A stretch of DNA of 62,323 nucleotides from Candidatus Omnitrophota bacterium (GCA_016212005.1 JACRHP010000052.1:1-62323), one strand, 5' to 3'; positions 27,287-37,766 are shown, counted from the first letter of the stretch. The notes: generated by a model from the letters alone, not told the origin. Program-made: numbers and translations.

Positions 27287-28680
27287 TCATGTCCCAGGAA
27301 TCCGAAAAAGCCGTACAGATCCTCATCGTGGATGATGAACCGCTCATCCGCAAATCCCTCTATGAGATTCTGCGCATCGAGGGCTACCGGGTCCAGATGG
27401 CCGGAAGCGGGGAGGAGGCCTCTGGTATTCTCTCCAAAAACGACATCAATATTGTCGTCACTGACATGCAACTCCCTAAAATGAACGGGATTGAACTCCT
27501 GGAAACCATCAAAAAAAGGTCACCGCACACCGAAGTCATCCTGGTGACTGGTTACGGCACCATTGAATCCGCTGTCGCGGCCATGAAAAAAGGGGCGTTT
27601 GACTACATCACCAAGCCCATCAACGACAACGAAATCAAAATTATTATCCAGAAACTCATTGAAAAAAAGAAACTCCTGGACGAAAACGCGCAGCTCAAAC
27701 AGATCATCGCCAAAGAACGGCGCAGCCGTTTCTGCGACCTCATTGGCGCCAGCTCCCGTATCCAGGAGGTTTATCACATCATCGATTCGGTCGCCAGCAG
27801 CAACGCCACGATTCTGGTCACAGGGGAAAGCGGGACAGGCAAGGGGCTTGTCGCGCGTGCCATCCACCAAGCGGACCAGACCCGCAAGGATAAACCTTTT
27901 GTGGAGATCAGCTGCGGGGCCCTGACCGAAACGCTCCTGGAGAGCGAACTGTTCGGCCATGTCAAAGGGGCTTTTACCGGCGCCATCAAAGACAAGGAGG
28001 GCCGGTTTGAATATGCCCAGGGCGGCACTATTTTTCTGGATGAAATCGACGCGTTTTCACCGGCCCTGCAGGTCAAACTACTGCGTGTTCTGCAAGAAGG
28101 ATTGTTTGAGCGGGTGGGGGACAACACGCCTCGACGGGCGAATACGCGGATCATCGTCGCCACCAATCAGAATCTTACTGATCTTGTTGAAAATGGAAAA
28201 TTCCGGGAAGACCTTTATTACCGTATCAATGTCATCTGTATCCATGTCCCGCCGCTACGCGAACGTAAAGACGACATCCCGCTTCTGACGGATCATTTCC
28301 TCAAAAAACACTGTGGGACCAACGGCAAAAAAAATACCGGGTTTTCCAACGAAGTGGAAAAGATGTTCCTGGATTACGACTGGCCGGGGAATATCCGGGA
28401 ACTGGAAAATGCCGTCGAAGGCGCCATTATCATGGCCAGGACGGCCGTCATCAACAAATCAGACGTGCCTAATTTCGCGAAATTCTCGTCCCTTTCCGCC
28501 AAAAAGTCCCAAGAACGGAATCTCAAAAAAGCCGTAGAAGAGCCGGAGAAGGAACATATCATCGCCATCTTGAAAGACTGCAGCTGGAACCGCAATAAAG
28601 CGGCCGCGTCTCTGGGGGTCAACCGGACGACCTTGTATAATAAAATGAAGAAATACAATATCAACGAGGAAACGATCTAA
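27283..28680 (+). CDS. sigma-54-dependent response regulator (NtrC family)
   Basis: Receiver domain, GESGTGK, ESELFGHVKGAFTGA, WPGNIREL and Fis-type HTH. Confidence 0.95.
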   Translation: MIMSQESEKAVQILIVDDEPLIRKSLYEILRIEGYRVQMAGSGEEASGILSKNDINIVVTDMQLPKMNGIELLETIKKRSPHTEVILVTGYGTIESAVAAMKKGAFDYITKPINDNEIKIIIQKLIEKKKLLDENAQLKQIIAKERRSRFCDLIGASSRIQEVYHIIDSVASSNATILVTGESGTGKGLVARAIHQADQTRKDKPFVEISCGALTETLLESELFGHVKGAFTGAIKDKEGRFEYAQGGTIFLDEIDAFSPALQVKLLRVLQEGLFERVGDNTPRRANTRIIVATNQNLTDLVENGKFREDLYYRINVICIHVPPLRERKDDIPLLTDHFLKKHCGTNGKKNTGFSNEVEKMFLDYDWPGNIRELENAVEGAIIMARTAVINKSDVPNFAKFSSLSAKKSQERNLKKAVEEPEKEHIIAILKDCSWNRNKAAASLGVNRTTLYNKMKKYNINEETI

Positions 28681-28707
28681 ACTCCAGCCAACCGGACACC
28701 CCGCGAC

Positions 28708-29751
28708 ATGAACACGGAAAATTCAAGACAAATTGCGCTTAAGCTCATCAATAAAGAAAAGTGGTGGGATATTTTGTCGCGCTTTATTGATGTGCTGCGT
28801 ATCAACATATTTATCGTGGATAACAAAGGGGTGATCATCTTGCCTCCGGAGGAGGGAAAATACGGTGGCCGGCTTTTAACAGACCCCTCATTAGGGTTCC
28901 AGGCCCAGCAAGACAGTTCCGAATTCCTCAAAAAATTCGATCCTTACGGCGGCGGCTTGTACCTGGAATACGTCAGCCCTTTAAAACTCCACCAGTTTGC
29001 CATACCGCTTAATGTCCATAATAACGGCGGCCAGCCCATCGGGTACATGATTGTCGGACCAGTCATTCTCAACAAACGCCCGGAAACCGCCGAATACGAA
29101 ACCATCGCCCGCGGCCACAAGATCCCCTTGGAACAGGTCACAAACGAAATCAACGACCTGCGGATCGTTTCCAACGTCATGATGAATTCCATCCTGGACC
29201 TTTTATATGAAATCGTTAAAAATAACATTGAATTAAGCGGTATCAAGCTGGCCATCTATGAACGCGCGGAAGGTAAAGACAGTTTCCCGTTCCCGGCCTC
29301 GATTAAACATGCGGCGAAAGACCTTTTCTCAACCGTTTGTCTGGATGAGTTACTGGTGACCCTCCTGGATGTGGCCTTAAAAATGACCAATACAGAGTGC
29401 GGGTCAATTTTAATCGTTGACCCGGAAAAACAGGGTGATCTCACCATTAAAGTCTCCCGCGGATTACCCCAGGAAAGGGTCAAGGACACACGAATAAGGG
29501 TCGGAGAGGGGATTGCCGGCCTGGCGGCCCTCGAACAAAGGCCATTTATTATCCATGGTCAAGAAGGAGACAACCGGATTAAACATCTCTTAAAACGCCC
29601 TGAAATCCAGCATTCACTGGTCATGCCTTTGAAAGGCAAACGTCGCGTTCTAGGCGTCCTAAGTCTGCATACCCGCCAACCCCAATGCAGCATTGAAAAT
29701 AACCTGGAAAATCTGGAGTATCTTTCCAATTTACTTTCATCCGTTGTTTAA
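28708..29751 (+). CDS. PocR-like sensor + GAF domain protein with no output domain
   Basis: N-terminal PocR-like region (FAIPL..IGYMIVGPV); C-terminal GAF (GEGIAG, LVMPL, LGVLSL). Confidence 0.6.
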   Translation: MNTENSRQIALKLINKEKWWDILSRFIDVLRINIFIVDNKGVIILPPEEGKYGGRLLTDPSLGFQAQQDSSEFLKKFDPYGGGLYLEYVSPLKLHQFAIPLNVHNNGGQPIGYMIVGPVILNKRPETAEYETIARGHKIPLEQVTNEINDLRIVSNVMMNSILDLLYEIVKNNIELSGIKLAIYERAEGKDSFPFPASIKHAAKDLFSTVCLDELLVTLLDVALKMTNTECGSILIVDPEKQGDLTIKVSRGLPQERVKDTRIRVGEGIAGLAALEQRPFIIHGQEGDNRIKHLLKRPEIQHSLVMPLKGKRRVLGVLSLHTRQPQCSIENNLENLEYLSNLLSSVV

Positions 29752-29764
29752 TCCCAGAAAAATC

Positions 29765-29841
29765 TTTACATCAAAGGTTTAGCAATTTATAATGAGCATA
29801 TGCTCATAGCAATAGTCATGTTATTGTGAGCATATGCTCAT
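29765..29841 (+). promoter_or_regulatory. sigma70 promoter with two palindromic operators
   Basis: TTTACA-N17-TATAAT; ATGAGCATATGCTCAT at 29792-29807 and TGAGCATATGCTCA at 29827-29840. Confidence 0.75.
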
Positions 29842-29870
29842 TAAATCATGACGTTTCAATTTTTCCCGAT

Positions 29871-30311
29871 ATGCGTAAAGGCCGCCGAAAAAAAGTCCGA
29901 TACATCCAAAAAATGCCCAAAACGGCCCAATTTAGCCCGCGCGGAAACCCGGGACGACCGGACGAAGCCGAGCTGAACATTGACCATTATGAAGCTATCA
30001 AACTGGCTGACCACCAGGGCTACAATCAAACCGAAGGTGCCAACGCCATGGGCGTATCAAGGCCGACATTTGGCCGGATATTGCGCGAAGGCCGTAAAAT
30101 CGTGGCTGACGCCCTAGCAAACGGCAAAATAATCCGCATCCGCACTGGAGATGTACAGGTGGGGATCCACCACAAAATCCTGCCGCATAAAAATACACTT
30201 ACAGCCCAAAATGTAATCACAAAACAAAAAGAAGAGGCCGTTCGCGGCAAAATGTTTAAATTCCGGCACAATGCAGCTGGAACCCAAACAACCCCGCTCA
30301 ATCACTCCTGA
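29871..30311 (+). CDS. DUF134 family HTH DNA-binding protein
   Basis: EAIKLADHQGYNQTEGANAMGVSRPTFGRILREGRKIVADAL; start at ATG 29871. Confidence 0.85.
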   Translation: MRKGRRKKVRYIQKMPKTAQFSPRGNPGRPDEAELNIDHYEAIKLADHQGYNQTEGANAMGVSRPTFGRILREGRKIVADALANGKIIRIRTGDVQVGIHHKILPHKNTLTAQNVITKQKEEAVRGKMFKFRHNAAGTQTTPLNHS

Positions 30312-30612
30312 TTTTCCTTCTTTCATACGACTTCCTATAATACATATTATGTTAACTACTACAATACAAGAAAACAACATTTAACACATTAATATGCTTA
30401 TGGTTAGCATAAACATGGGAAGCCCTGTTAAAAACAGTGCGTAATCTTACTCAAAACATTGTGAAATATTAAAAAGTGGCAGGTTTTGGCCATAATCTGG
30501 CATTTAAATGAATATTCCGCCAAATTATACCCAAAATGGGGTATTAGACAAGACATGCAAGAAAAAGGCATCGAAAGATTCGGAACGCATCGGCATTGAG
30601 CCTCTCTTCTTT

Positions 30613-31023
30613 CTAAAACTGAATTTTCTCCGGGGTTTTCTGGTGGGGTGTCATGGCCTCAACCGCATCAATCTTAATCTCAGCCAAGATAAAATTAGGA
30701 TCCTGGGGAGCACCGAAATACTGCTTTAACATGGGGATATTTTCCCAAAGGATTGTTTTTTTCTCAATATCCGTGGTAATTTGGGCTTGGCCGGCGATGC
30801 GGCAATACCACATTTTCCGGTCTACAAAACATAATTCAACCCTGGGGTTCTTCCGGATATGTTCAATGCTGCGGGATCGTGCCAACAGAGCCACAAGGAT
30901 TTCCCCAGTATCTTCCACTAAATAAGGCATCATGGGCCGCACGCGGGGCTGATTCCCCTCCACCGTAGCCAAATACCCAAACCCGGCATCCCGGATCAAA
31001 TCAATCGCTTCCTCTTTGTTCAT
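30613..31023 (-). CDS. Pyridoxamine 5'-phosphate oxidase-like FMN-binding protein
   Basis: LATVEGNQPRVRPM and NPRVELCF. Confidence 0.8.
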   Translation of the reverse strand: MNKEEAIDLIRDAGFGYLATVEGNQPRVRPMMPYLVEDTGEILVALLARSRSIEHIRKNPRVELCFVDRKMWYCRIAGQAQITTDIEKKTILWENIPMLKQYFGAPQDPNFILAEIKIDAVEAMTPHQKTPEKIQF

Positions 31024-31056
31024 GTAATCCCCTTTCTACTGACTATGACCAACCTC

Positions 31057-31866
31057 TTATTCAGCCTTTTCCCTAAAAAATTTATCCGTCCCCAAGAAAT
31101 TCTGGTTTCGCACCGCCACCATCTCTGCCGCGATAGAAACGGCAATTTCTTCCGGTGTCTGGGCTCCGATATCTACACCGGCCGGAATTCTCACCAAATT
31201 AAGTCTATGTTGAGGAACTCCCATCTTCCTTAAGCGGCCAAAAAACTTAACCCGTTTGGCCTTGCTGGAAATGACCCCCAGATAACCCGTATCCTTGCCA
31301 ATAGCCACCTTTAAACACTCAAAATCAAATTCGTTCCCCTGCGTCACGATCATGACATATGTATCCCCATCAATCTTTATCTTGGATAGTTGGGCAGCGT
31401 GCGGGCCGACCATAATCCTGTCCACATAAGGAAACCGCCTGGGGTTCGCGAACTCTTTGCGGTTGTCAATAATGGTCACTCTGAAATTAAGTATCTTGGC
31501 AATGGCAGAGAGCGGCAAAGCGATATGCCCGGCTCCGCAGATAACCATATGCTTGGCCTTCTTGATCGGATCTATAAAAACCTTGATCTGGCCGCCGCAA
31601 ACCGATTGGCCCTCCCTGCCAAAATAATCATAAATTACCAAAGAAGGCTTGCCTGACTTGAGCGCCTTCAGACACTCTGCCTGCACGGCCTTTTCGTTAC
31701 GCCCCCCTCCAATCGAGCCCCAAATGGTACCATCCTTCAAGACAATCATTTTAGCCCCGGCCTTACGAGGAGTCCCCTTGACGGTCGACTCGACAATGGT
31801 GGCCAGCACATACCCATGCCCTTGATCGGTCGCCGCCAAGGCTTTTATTAATAATTCATGGTCCAT
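31057..31866 (-). CDS. xdhC: XdhC/CoxI family Moco maturation factor
   Basis: GTPRKAGAKM, GSIGGG, CGG, GAGHIA, GAQTPEEIAVSIAAE. Confidence 0.9.
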   Translation of the reverse strand: MDHELLIKALAATDQGHGYVLATIVESTVKGTPRKAGAKMIVLKDGTIWGSIGGGRNEKAVQAECLKALKSGKPSLVIYDYFGREGQSVCGGQIKVFIDPIKKAKHMVICGAGHIALPLSAIAKILNFRVTIIDNRKEFANPRRFPYVDRIMVGPHAAQLSKIKIDGDTYVMIVTQGNEFDFECLKVAIGKDTGYLGVISSKAKRVKFFGRLRKMGVPQHRLNLVRIPAGVDIGAQTPEEIAVSIAAEMVAVRNQNFLGTDKFFREKAE

Positions 31867-31868
31867 CT

Positions 31869-32435
31869 TTATTTAATATACGCGCGAAGGATTTTCTGGT
31901 CTTCGACAGGGCGGTCGCCGGCCCTGGTTTTTGTGGCCTCAATTTTTTGTACCACATCATAACCGCTTATGACTTTACCGAAAATAGTATGGTGCCCGTT
32001 AAGCCACGGGGTCGGGACGGTTGTAATAAAGAATTGACTGCCGTTGGTGTTCGGCCCGGCGTTAGCCATGGCCAGAAGCCCTGGCGTATCAAAGCTCACG
32101 CTTTTTGAAATCTCATCATTGAATTTACCGCCCCAGAAACTCTCCCCGCCCCTTCCTGTTGCGGTTGGGTCCCCTCCCTGGAGCATAAACCCTTTGATAA
32201 CCCTGTGAAAAACGGTGCCGTCGTAATATCCTTTTCTCACGAGACCAATCATATTTTCACATGTTTTGGGAGCCACCGCAGGCCAGAGCTCCAGCTCAAT
32301 GTTCCCCTGGTTTGTCTCTAATACAATGATCGCAGAGACGGATGGCTCATCCGCGTGAGAAGCACGGACGAAAGAAACTACAAAAGGGCAAAAAACCACC
32401 GCCCCCATGACGCTCCCTAAAACCCATTTATCCAT
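31869..32435 (-). CDS. ppiA: Cyclophilin-type peptidyl-prolyl isomerase (exported)
   Basis: FHRVIKGFMLQGGDP, MANAGPNTNGSQFFIT; start 32435 after an AGGAGGAG RBS. Confidence 0.9.
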   Translation of the reverse strand: MDKWVLGSVMGAVVFCPFVVSFVRASHADEPSVSAIIVLETNQGNIELELWPAVAPKTCENMIGLVRKGYYDGTVFHRVIKGFMLQGGDPTATGRGGESFWGGKFNDEISKSVSFDTPGLLAMANAGPNTNGSQFFITTVPTPWLNGHHTIFGKVISGYDVVQKIEATKTRAGDRPVEDQKILRAYIK

Positions 32436-33426
32436 TAGTTTCTCCTCCTTTTTGTTCATCTTTATTGGTTGCCGGGGGATCAATTGTCTCTGGCACAGGC
32501 GGCGCGGTCGTATCAGAAATTTTGGGCTCTTCGACTTTAGATTCCACCGGGGTGGCAAGCGGCGGCAAGATCGGATCAGGTGCTTTAACTTGCGAATCGT
32601 GCGCCGCAGGCGGAGCGTCAACCGCCGGACCCGGCTTGGCTTCCAAACGTTTTACCAGACCGGCAAGCTCATCATCCTTGACCAATAAGGCCTTCTCCAT
32701 CTTTGTTATTTTTTCTTCCAGCTGGTCGACCCGCTTTTTATAACTTTCCGCCTCCGCGCGGGCACCGTTTAATTCGACCTGTATGATGCGAGACTTATCC
32801 TTGGTATCTTTAAGCTCCTTCTCCAGGATGTCTTTGAGTTTATTAAACTCCTTACGGTTATTCAATTCGGTCTGAAGGAGCTCTTCATTCTTTGCAAGTA
32901 CCGCACTTTTCTCCTGAAAGATTTTGTCCAGCCGTGCATACTTTTCTTTCCACTCCTCCAGGCGTGCGGTCAAATCGATTTCCTGTTCAATGCGTTCTTC
33001 TTCTTCGGCCGGCAATTGAGCTTGTTGCGCAGCTGATTTCTCAACGGGTGTTGCTGCGGCCAGGCTTTGGCGGGTTTGCTCGTCCAAGAAATTCTTTAAA
33101 GTAGCTAAAGGTACCCCTTCACGCACCTGCGTTCCTGCGCCCTGCAGGGACGCAGGATCCTTCTTTCGCGGCATCAAACGGGCAAAAAAATTCTTTGAAA
33201 CGGGGGGCTTGGCGACTTCCTCCCTGGAAACAACCTGGGCTTTCTTCTCTTTCTTTTTTGTCGGTAATGGAAAAGCTGGCGGGCTGCCTTCAACGGGTTG
33301 CGCCTCCGGTTCAAATCCCAGGTCACGCAAAGGAAGGCCGGCGGAGTGTTCTTCACGCCGAAGCAGAAAAAAAACAGCGATAACCCCTGCCACAGAAACC
33401 CCGACTAATACCAAAAATACTGACAC
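32428..33426 (-). CDS. Membrane-anchored coiled-coil protein of unknown function
   Basis: N-terminal TM, long K/E-rich heptads, Pro-rich tail. Confidence 0.65.
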   Translation of the reverse strand: MSVFLVLVGVSVAGVIAVFFLLRREEHSAGLPLRDLGFEPEAQPVEGSPPAFPLPTKKKEKKAQVVSREEVAKPPVSKNFFARLMPRKKDPASLQGAGTQVREGVPLATLKNFLDEQTRQSLAAATPVEKSAAQQAQLPAEEEERIEQEIDLTARLEEWKEKYARLDKIFQEKSAVLAKNEELLQTELNNRKEFNKLKDILEKELKDTKDKSRIIQVELNGARAEAESYKKRVDQLEEKITKMEKALLVKDDELAGLVKRLEAKPGPAVDAPPAAHDSQVKAPDPILPPLATPVESKVEEPKISDTTAPPVPETIDPPATNKDEQKGGETNG

Positions 33427-33495
33427 GATACTCCTATTCTAGGGAACAGTTAAATATTCGTTGGTGACATCACCGTAATTGCGCTATAATCGCAA

Positions 33496-34098
33496 ATGAT
33501 GGTCACGGGTATTCTCTTATCTGCGGGCTTAAGCAGCCGGTTCGGATCTCCCAAAGCGTTGGCCAAACTCGGCCAGGAAACGGTCATTGAGCGCCTGGAG
33601 AAACTGCTTCTTTCCACCGAAACCGCAGAACTGATTATCGTCTTGGGACATGGCGCCGAACAAATAAAACCTGTTCTATTTAAGCATAAAAAGGTCAAGA
33701 TTGTCTATAACAAAGATTATAAATTAGGCCAAACGTCTTCACTTAAAACTGCTTTGGCCCATATCGCCCTCGACGCTAATGGCATCCTCCTTCTACCCGT
33801 TGACTATCCTCTGATCAAGCAAGAAACCCTGCAGACGCTCATAGGTTTTTTTCAAAAGCGCAACCCGCTCATTCTTATTCCCAGCTATCATGGCGATAAA
33901 GGGCACCCCCCCATCTTCGACATCCGGCTTAAAAAAGAGTTTCTTGATCTCGACAATGCCGTGGGGATCAATACGGTCATTCATCGGCACGCGGCGGAAA
34001 CGTGTGTTTTACCCGTCGAAGATGAAGGCGTCATCCGCAGTTTCAACACACCGGAGGAATTTGAAAAGTTAAAAATGAAATTATCGGGAAGCGTGTGA
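33496..34098 (+). CDS. mocA: Moco cytidylyltransferase-like NTP transferase (MocA family)
   Basis: LSAGLSSRFGSPK, PVDYP and GHPPIF; next to XDH-family genes. Confidence 0.75.
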   Translation: MMVTGILLSAGLSSRFGSPKALAKLGQETVIERLEKLLLSTETAELIIVLGHGAEQIKPVLFKHKKVKIVYNKDYKLGQTSSLKTALAHIALDANGILLLPVDYPLIKQETLQTLIGFFQKRNPLILIPSYHGDKGHPPIFDIRLKKEFLDLDNAVGINTVIHRHAAETCVLPVEDEGVIRSFNTPEEFEKLKMKLSGSV

Positions 34099-36441
34099 AC
34101 CAGCTGTGGTCTCAAGGTGTTCCTTCTCCTTGAGGGCTTGGATGATCTTATCCGGAGTGAAAGGAAGTTCCTTGAGACGGATTCCCACCGCGTCATAGAT
34201 GGCGTTAGCGATCGCCGCGGCGGTCGGCAGCAGGGCGGCCTCCCCCATACCCTTGGCGCCGAACGGACCATTAGGGTCGTCGGTTTCCACCATAATGCAT
34301 TCTATGGGAGGCGTTCCGATGGATCTGGGAAGCCGATAGTTCGCGAAGTTACCATTGGCCGGCCGGCCTTTATTGTCAAAACGAAGGTTTTCCATAAATG
34401 TATACCCTAGCCCCATGGCCAAAGACCCTTCTATCTGGCCTTCAACGGATTGGGGGTTGATGGCCTTGCCGATATCGTGGGCGTCCCATAATTTCAGGAT
34501 ATTGACTTCTCCCGTTTCTTTGTTGACTTCCACCTCGGCGATCTGCGCTTCAAATCCGTAACTTCCCGAAACATTCCCTTCGCCGGTCCTGAAGTCGATC
34601 GGCGTCGTCTTGGGGTTATAACTTCCCCGTCCAATAATTTGCTTCCCGTAATTGAACGCGTAGCATAATTCCAACGCTTTATCAAAACTCATCAGGACGG
34701 ATCTGTCCTTGAGACAAATGACTTCTTCAGCCTGAATATCCAGATCGTCGGCATTAAGTTTTAATTCTTCTGCAACAATAGCCAGAATCTGCTTTTTGGC
34801 GTCGCGCGCCGCCAAAAGGGTCGCGTTGCCGGAAATAAATGTCACGCGGCTGGCAAAGCTGCCTGTGTCAAAAGGCGTGATCTCCGTATCTCCGGACTTG
34901 CAGCGGATCCGGCTGTAACTGACGCCCAGTTCCTGTGCGGTGATCTGGGAAAGCACCGTGTTCGACCCCTGGCCCGTATCAGCGGCGCCGGTGAACAAAT
35001 ACACCGATCCATCTTCTTCCACTTTGACGATCGACCCGGCGGATTCATGTGATTTATACATCTTTGAACCCATGACATCGGCCGCGATCCCGATGCCGAT
35101 CCCGCGGCACAAATGCTTTTGCTTGCCGCGCTTGTTATACCAGTCGCTGGCGGCAATCGCCTTGTCAATACATTCGCGCAGACCGTTTGTCGTCAAGACC
35201 ATCTTGTTGATGGTCACCATATTCGGGGTCGTGATATTCTTCAGGCGAAACGCGATCGGGTCCATACCGATCCCTTCCGCGAGCATGTCCATATGCGATT
35301 CGACGGCAAACCCGGCCTGGACACCCCCAAATCCGCGCATGGCGCCGCTGATGGGGGTATTGGTGTACACCCTGTAGCCGGTCATGCGGAAATGCTGGAT
35401 TTTGTAGACCATAAAGATGCGCATGATCGCGGCCGCCAGAACGGTCGGCCCGTAACTGCAATAGGCCCCGCCGTCGGCGATGACTTCACCGGTGATGGCC
35501 ACCAGCGTCCCGTCTTTTTTGACGCCGGATTTAAGTTTATAAATCATGCCGTGCTTTCTTCGGGTCGCCAGAAATTCCTCTTCCCGGTTACAGCAGATCT
35601 TGACCGGCAACCCTCCGGCTTTTTTGGACAACAAACAGGCGGCAAAATCCATCGGGAGCATCTCCAGCTTCCCGCCGAACCCCCCTCCCACCGCCATTTT
35701 AATAACGCGCACATCGTTAAGATCCAATTTAAGAGTTTTGGCCAACGCTTCACGGCATTTAAAGGGCGCCTGGCTGGAGGCCCACAAGGTCACCTTGTTG
35801 GAAAAAGTCTCCCATTGCCCGACACAGACATGAGGTTCCAGGGCGGCCATGTGCGCGGCTGGCGCGAAAAATAAATCTTCACGGACGTAATCGGCTTCTT
35901 TCAAGGCCCTGTCAGGGTTGCCGAAATTGACCGGTAAAATGACCGCGATATTATTCAGAGATTCATGGATCTGCGGCGCGCCCGGCTTCATCGCTTCCTG
36001 GACATCAACGACAGCGGGAAGAATTTCATACTGGACATCGATCAGGTTCAGCGCTTCCAGGGCGGTTTCCTCATCAACGGCGGCGACCGCGCCCAGTTCA
36101 TCGCCCACGTAACGCACCTTTTCGGACTCTATGGCCATCTGATCAACGGTGTGCGGGAAAAAATACTCATTGGAACCGAACTTAATGCCGTCCGTATCTT
36201 TGGCCGTGATGATGGCGCGCACACCGTGGAACTTCTCGGCCCGGGAGGTGTCGATGCTGATGATACGGGCATGCGGATGCGGACTGCGGATCATCTTGCC
36301 AACCAGCATATTCGGGAAACCGACGTCAAAGGCGTATTTGGTCTGGCCTGTGACGATGCCTTTGCCGTCAATGCGCGGGACGCTTTTCCCAACGGGATTT
36401 ACATATTTCTTGGAAAATGTTTTCTTGATGGAAGTGACCAT
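34081..36441 (-). CDS. Xanthine dehydrogenase-family molybdopterin subunit (HcrA-like)
   Basis: GGGFGGK, AMRGFG, GQG, GSFASR, GAKGMGE. Confidence 0.9.
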   Translation of the reverse strand: MVTSIKKTFSKKYVNPVGKSVPRIDGKGIVTGQTKYAFDVGFPNMLVGKMIRSPHPHARIISIDTSRAEKFHGVRAIITAKDTDGIKFGSNEYFFPHTVDQMAIESEKVRYVGDELGAVAAVDEETALEALNLIDVQYEILPAVVDVQEAMKPGAPQIHESLNNIAVILPVNFGNPDRALKEADYVREDLFFAPAAHMAALEPHVCVGQWETFSNKVTLWASSQAPFKCREALAKTLKLDLNDVRVIKMAVGGGFGGKLEMLPMDFAACLLSKKAGGLPVKICCNREEEFLATRRKHGMIYKLKSGVKKDGTLVAITGEVIADGGAYCSYGPTVLAAAIMRIFMVYKIQHFRMTGYRVYTNTPISGAMRGFGGVQAGFAVESHMDMLAEGIGMDPIAFRLKNITTPNMVTINKMVLTTNGLRECIDKAIAASDWYNKRGKQKHLCRGIGIGIAADVMGSKMYKSHESAGSIVKVEEDGSVYLFTGAADTGQGSNTVLSQITAQELGVSYSRIRCKSGDTEITPFDTGSFASRVTFISGNATLLAARDAKKQILAIVAEELKLNADDLDIQAEEVICLKDRSVLMSFDKALELCYAFNYGKQIIGRGSYNPKTTPIDFRTGEGNVSGSYGFEAQIAEVEVNKETGEVNILKLWDAHDIGKAINPQSVEGQIEGSLAMGLGYTFMENLRFDNKGRPANGNFANYRLPRSIGTPPIECIMVETDDPNGPFGAKGMGEAALLPTAAAIANAIYDAVGIRLKELPFTPDKIIQALKEKEHLETTAGSHASR

Positions 36442-36444
36442 AAT

Positions 36445-36918
36445 TTATAAGCTCTTTGCCGCTTTCATTTCTTTTCCCGCGGCGCGGATTGCGTCAAAAA
36501 TCTTTAGATAACAAGCACAACGGCAAAGATTGCCATCCAGGGCATATTCCATCTCTTCTTGGGTCGGCTCAGGATTTTTGTCAAGCAAGGCCTTGGAAGA
36601 CATGATCATGCCCGGGATACAAAATCCGCACTGCACCGCGCCGTGATCTATGAAAGCCTGTTGAACGGGATGCAGCTGTTCGCCGTCGGCCAGCCCTTCT
36701 ATCGTCGTGATTTCTCTTCCCGCGCAATTGGCCGCCAATGTAATGCACGAAAGGACGGCTTTGCCCTTAACCAGGACGGTGCAGGTCCCGCACTCCGATT
36801 CCTCGCAGGCCGTCTTGGTCCCGGTCAGCCCAAGCTGGTCGCGCAAAACTTCCAGGAGGGTTTCATGCCCCTTCAAATCCAGCTGGTATTCTTTCTTGTT
36901 GATATTCAATGGGATCAT
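36445..36918 (-). CDS. XDH-family 2x[2Fe-2S] subunit
   Basis: CEESECGTC, QCGFC and CRC. Confidence 0.9.
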   Translation of the reverse strand: MIPLNINKKEYQLDLKGHETLLEVLRDQLGLTGTKTACEESECGTCTVLVKGKAVLSCITLAANCAGREITTIEGLADGEQLHPVQQAFIDHGAVQCGFCIPGMIMSSKALLDKNPEPTQEEMEYALDGNLCRCACYLKIFDAIRAAGKEMKAAKSL

Positions 36919-37766
36919 GCGTGCTTTCCTGTCAAATCCCGCAGGGCTTGCCGGATACCAATACGGAACATATGTTTTTTGTAATCTGTACTTCGTGCGT
37001 CATAAATTGTCGCGTCTAAATGCTCCAAGGCCGCCTCCGGGACACTTTGATCGATACGGCTTTTATTGAGAAACTCTTCCAGAATACGATCTCTTTGGAC
37101 GAAGGCCACACAATTGTTCACCGCGACAATCGTTTCCGTGAATTTCCCCTGGACAAACCGCGTTTTGATGCCTAACGACAGAAGCGGGATATCGACATAG
37201 GGTGACTTTTTCGCGCGGAAGTAGGCGGCCGAAATGCCGTTGTCCCTGAGAATCGTCACGTGAGTGAAAATTTTGTCCGTTTTCGCGGCATTCTTAAAAA
37301 AGTCTTCAGCGCCGATTACTTCATCTTCTCCTTTAGTGCCCTTAAAATGCATTTGGGCTTCCAGCGCGACCATAACCGCCGGCATCTCGGTCCAGGTATA
37401 CCGGCACGTTAAATTCCCCCCGATCGTGGCCATATTACGGATAAGCTGCGAAGAGATATTATGGGCGACAACCTTCAATAAATTCAAATTGCCTGTCAAA
37501 AAGGGCGAATCATAAATTTCATCGATATTTGTCATAGCTCCGACAACCAACTGATCGCCTTTCATCCTGATCCCCTTGAGCGCATCGATGTGAGCAAGGC
37601 TGATGACGTTTTGCGGCGTCTTCGCCCCCCGTCTTTTGAGCATCTTCAGGCTATTGAGAAGAAAGGTCCCCCCTGCCTGCAACCTCACATCCGGAAGGCT
37701 GCCATAGAGTTCCAAGGCCGATTCTAACGTCTTGGGGGCATGGAAGTTAAACTGTTTTAAAAGCAT
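36915..37766 (-). CDS. XDH-family FAD-binding subunit
   Basis: AGGT and IRNMATIGGN. Confidence 0.9.
   Translation of the reverse strand: MLLKQFNFHAPKTLESALELYGSLPDVRLQAGGTFLLNSLKMLKRRGAKTPQNVISLAHIDALKGIRMKGDQLVVGAMTNIDEIYDSPFLTGNLNLLKVVAHNISSQLIRNMATIGGNLTCRYTWTEMPAVMVALEAQMHFKGTKGEDEVIGAEDFFKNAAKTDKIFTHVTILRDNGISAAYFRAKKSPYVDIPLLSLGIKTRFVQGKFTETIVAVNNCVAFVQRDRILEEFLNKSRIDQSVPEAALEHLDATIYDARSTDYKKHMFRIGIRQALRDLTGKHA

Noticed and set aside
30486-30503. Possible sigma-54 box TTGGCCATAATCTGGCAT
   Set aside because: Poor consensus match and no credible downstream + strand gene.
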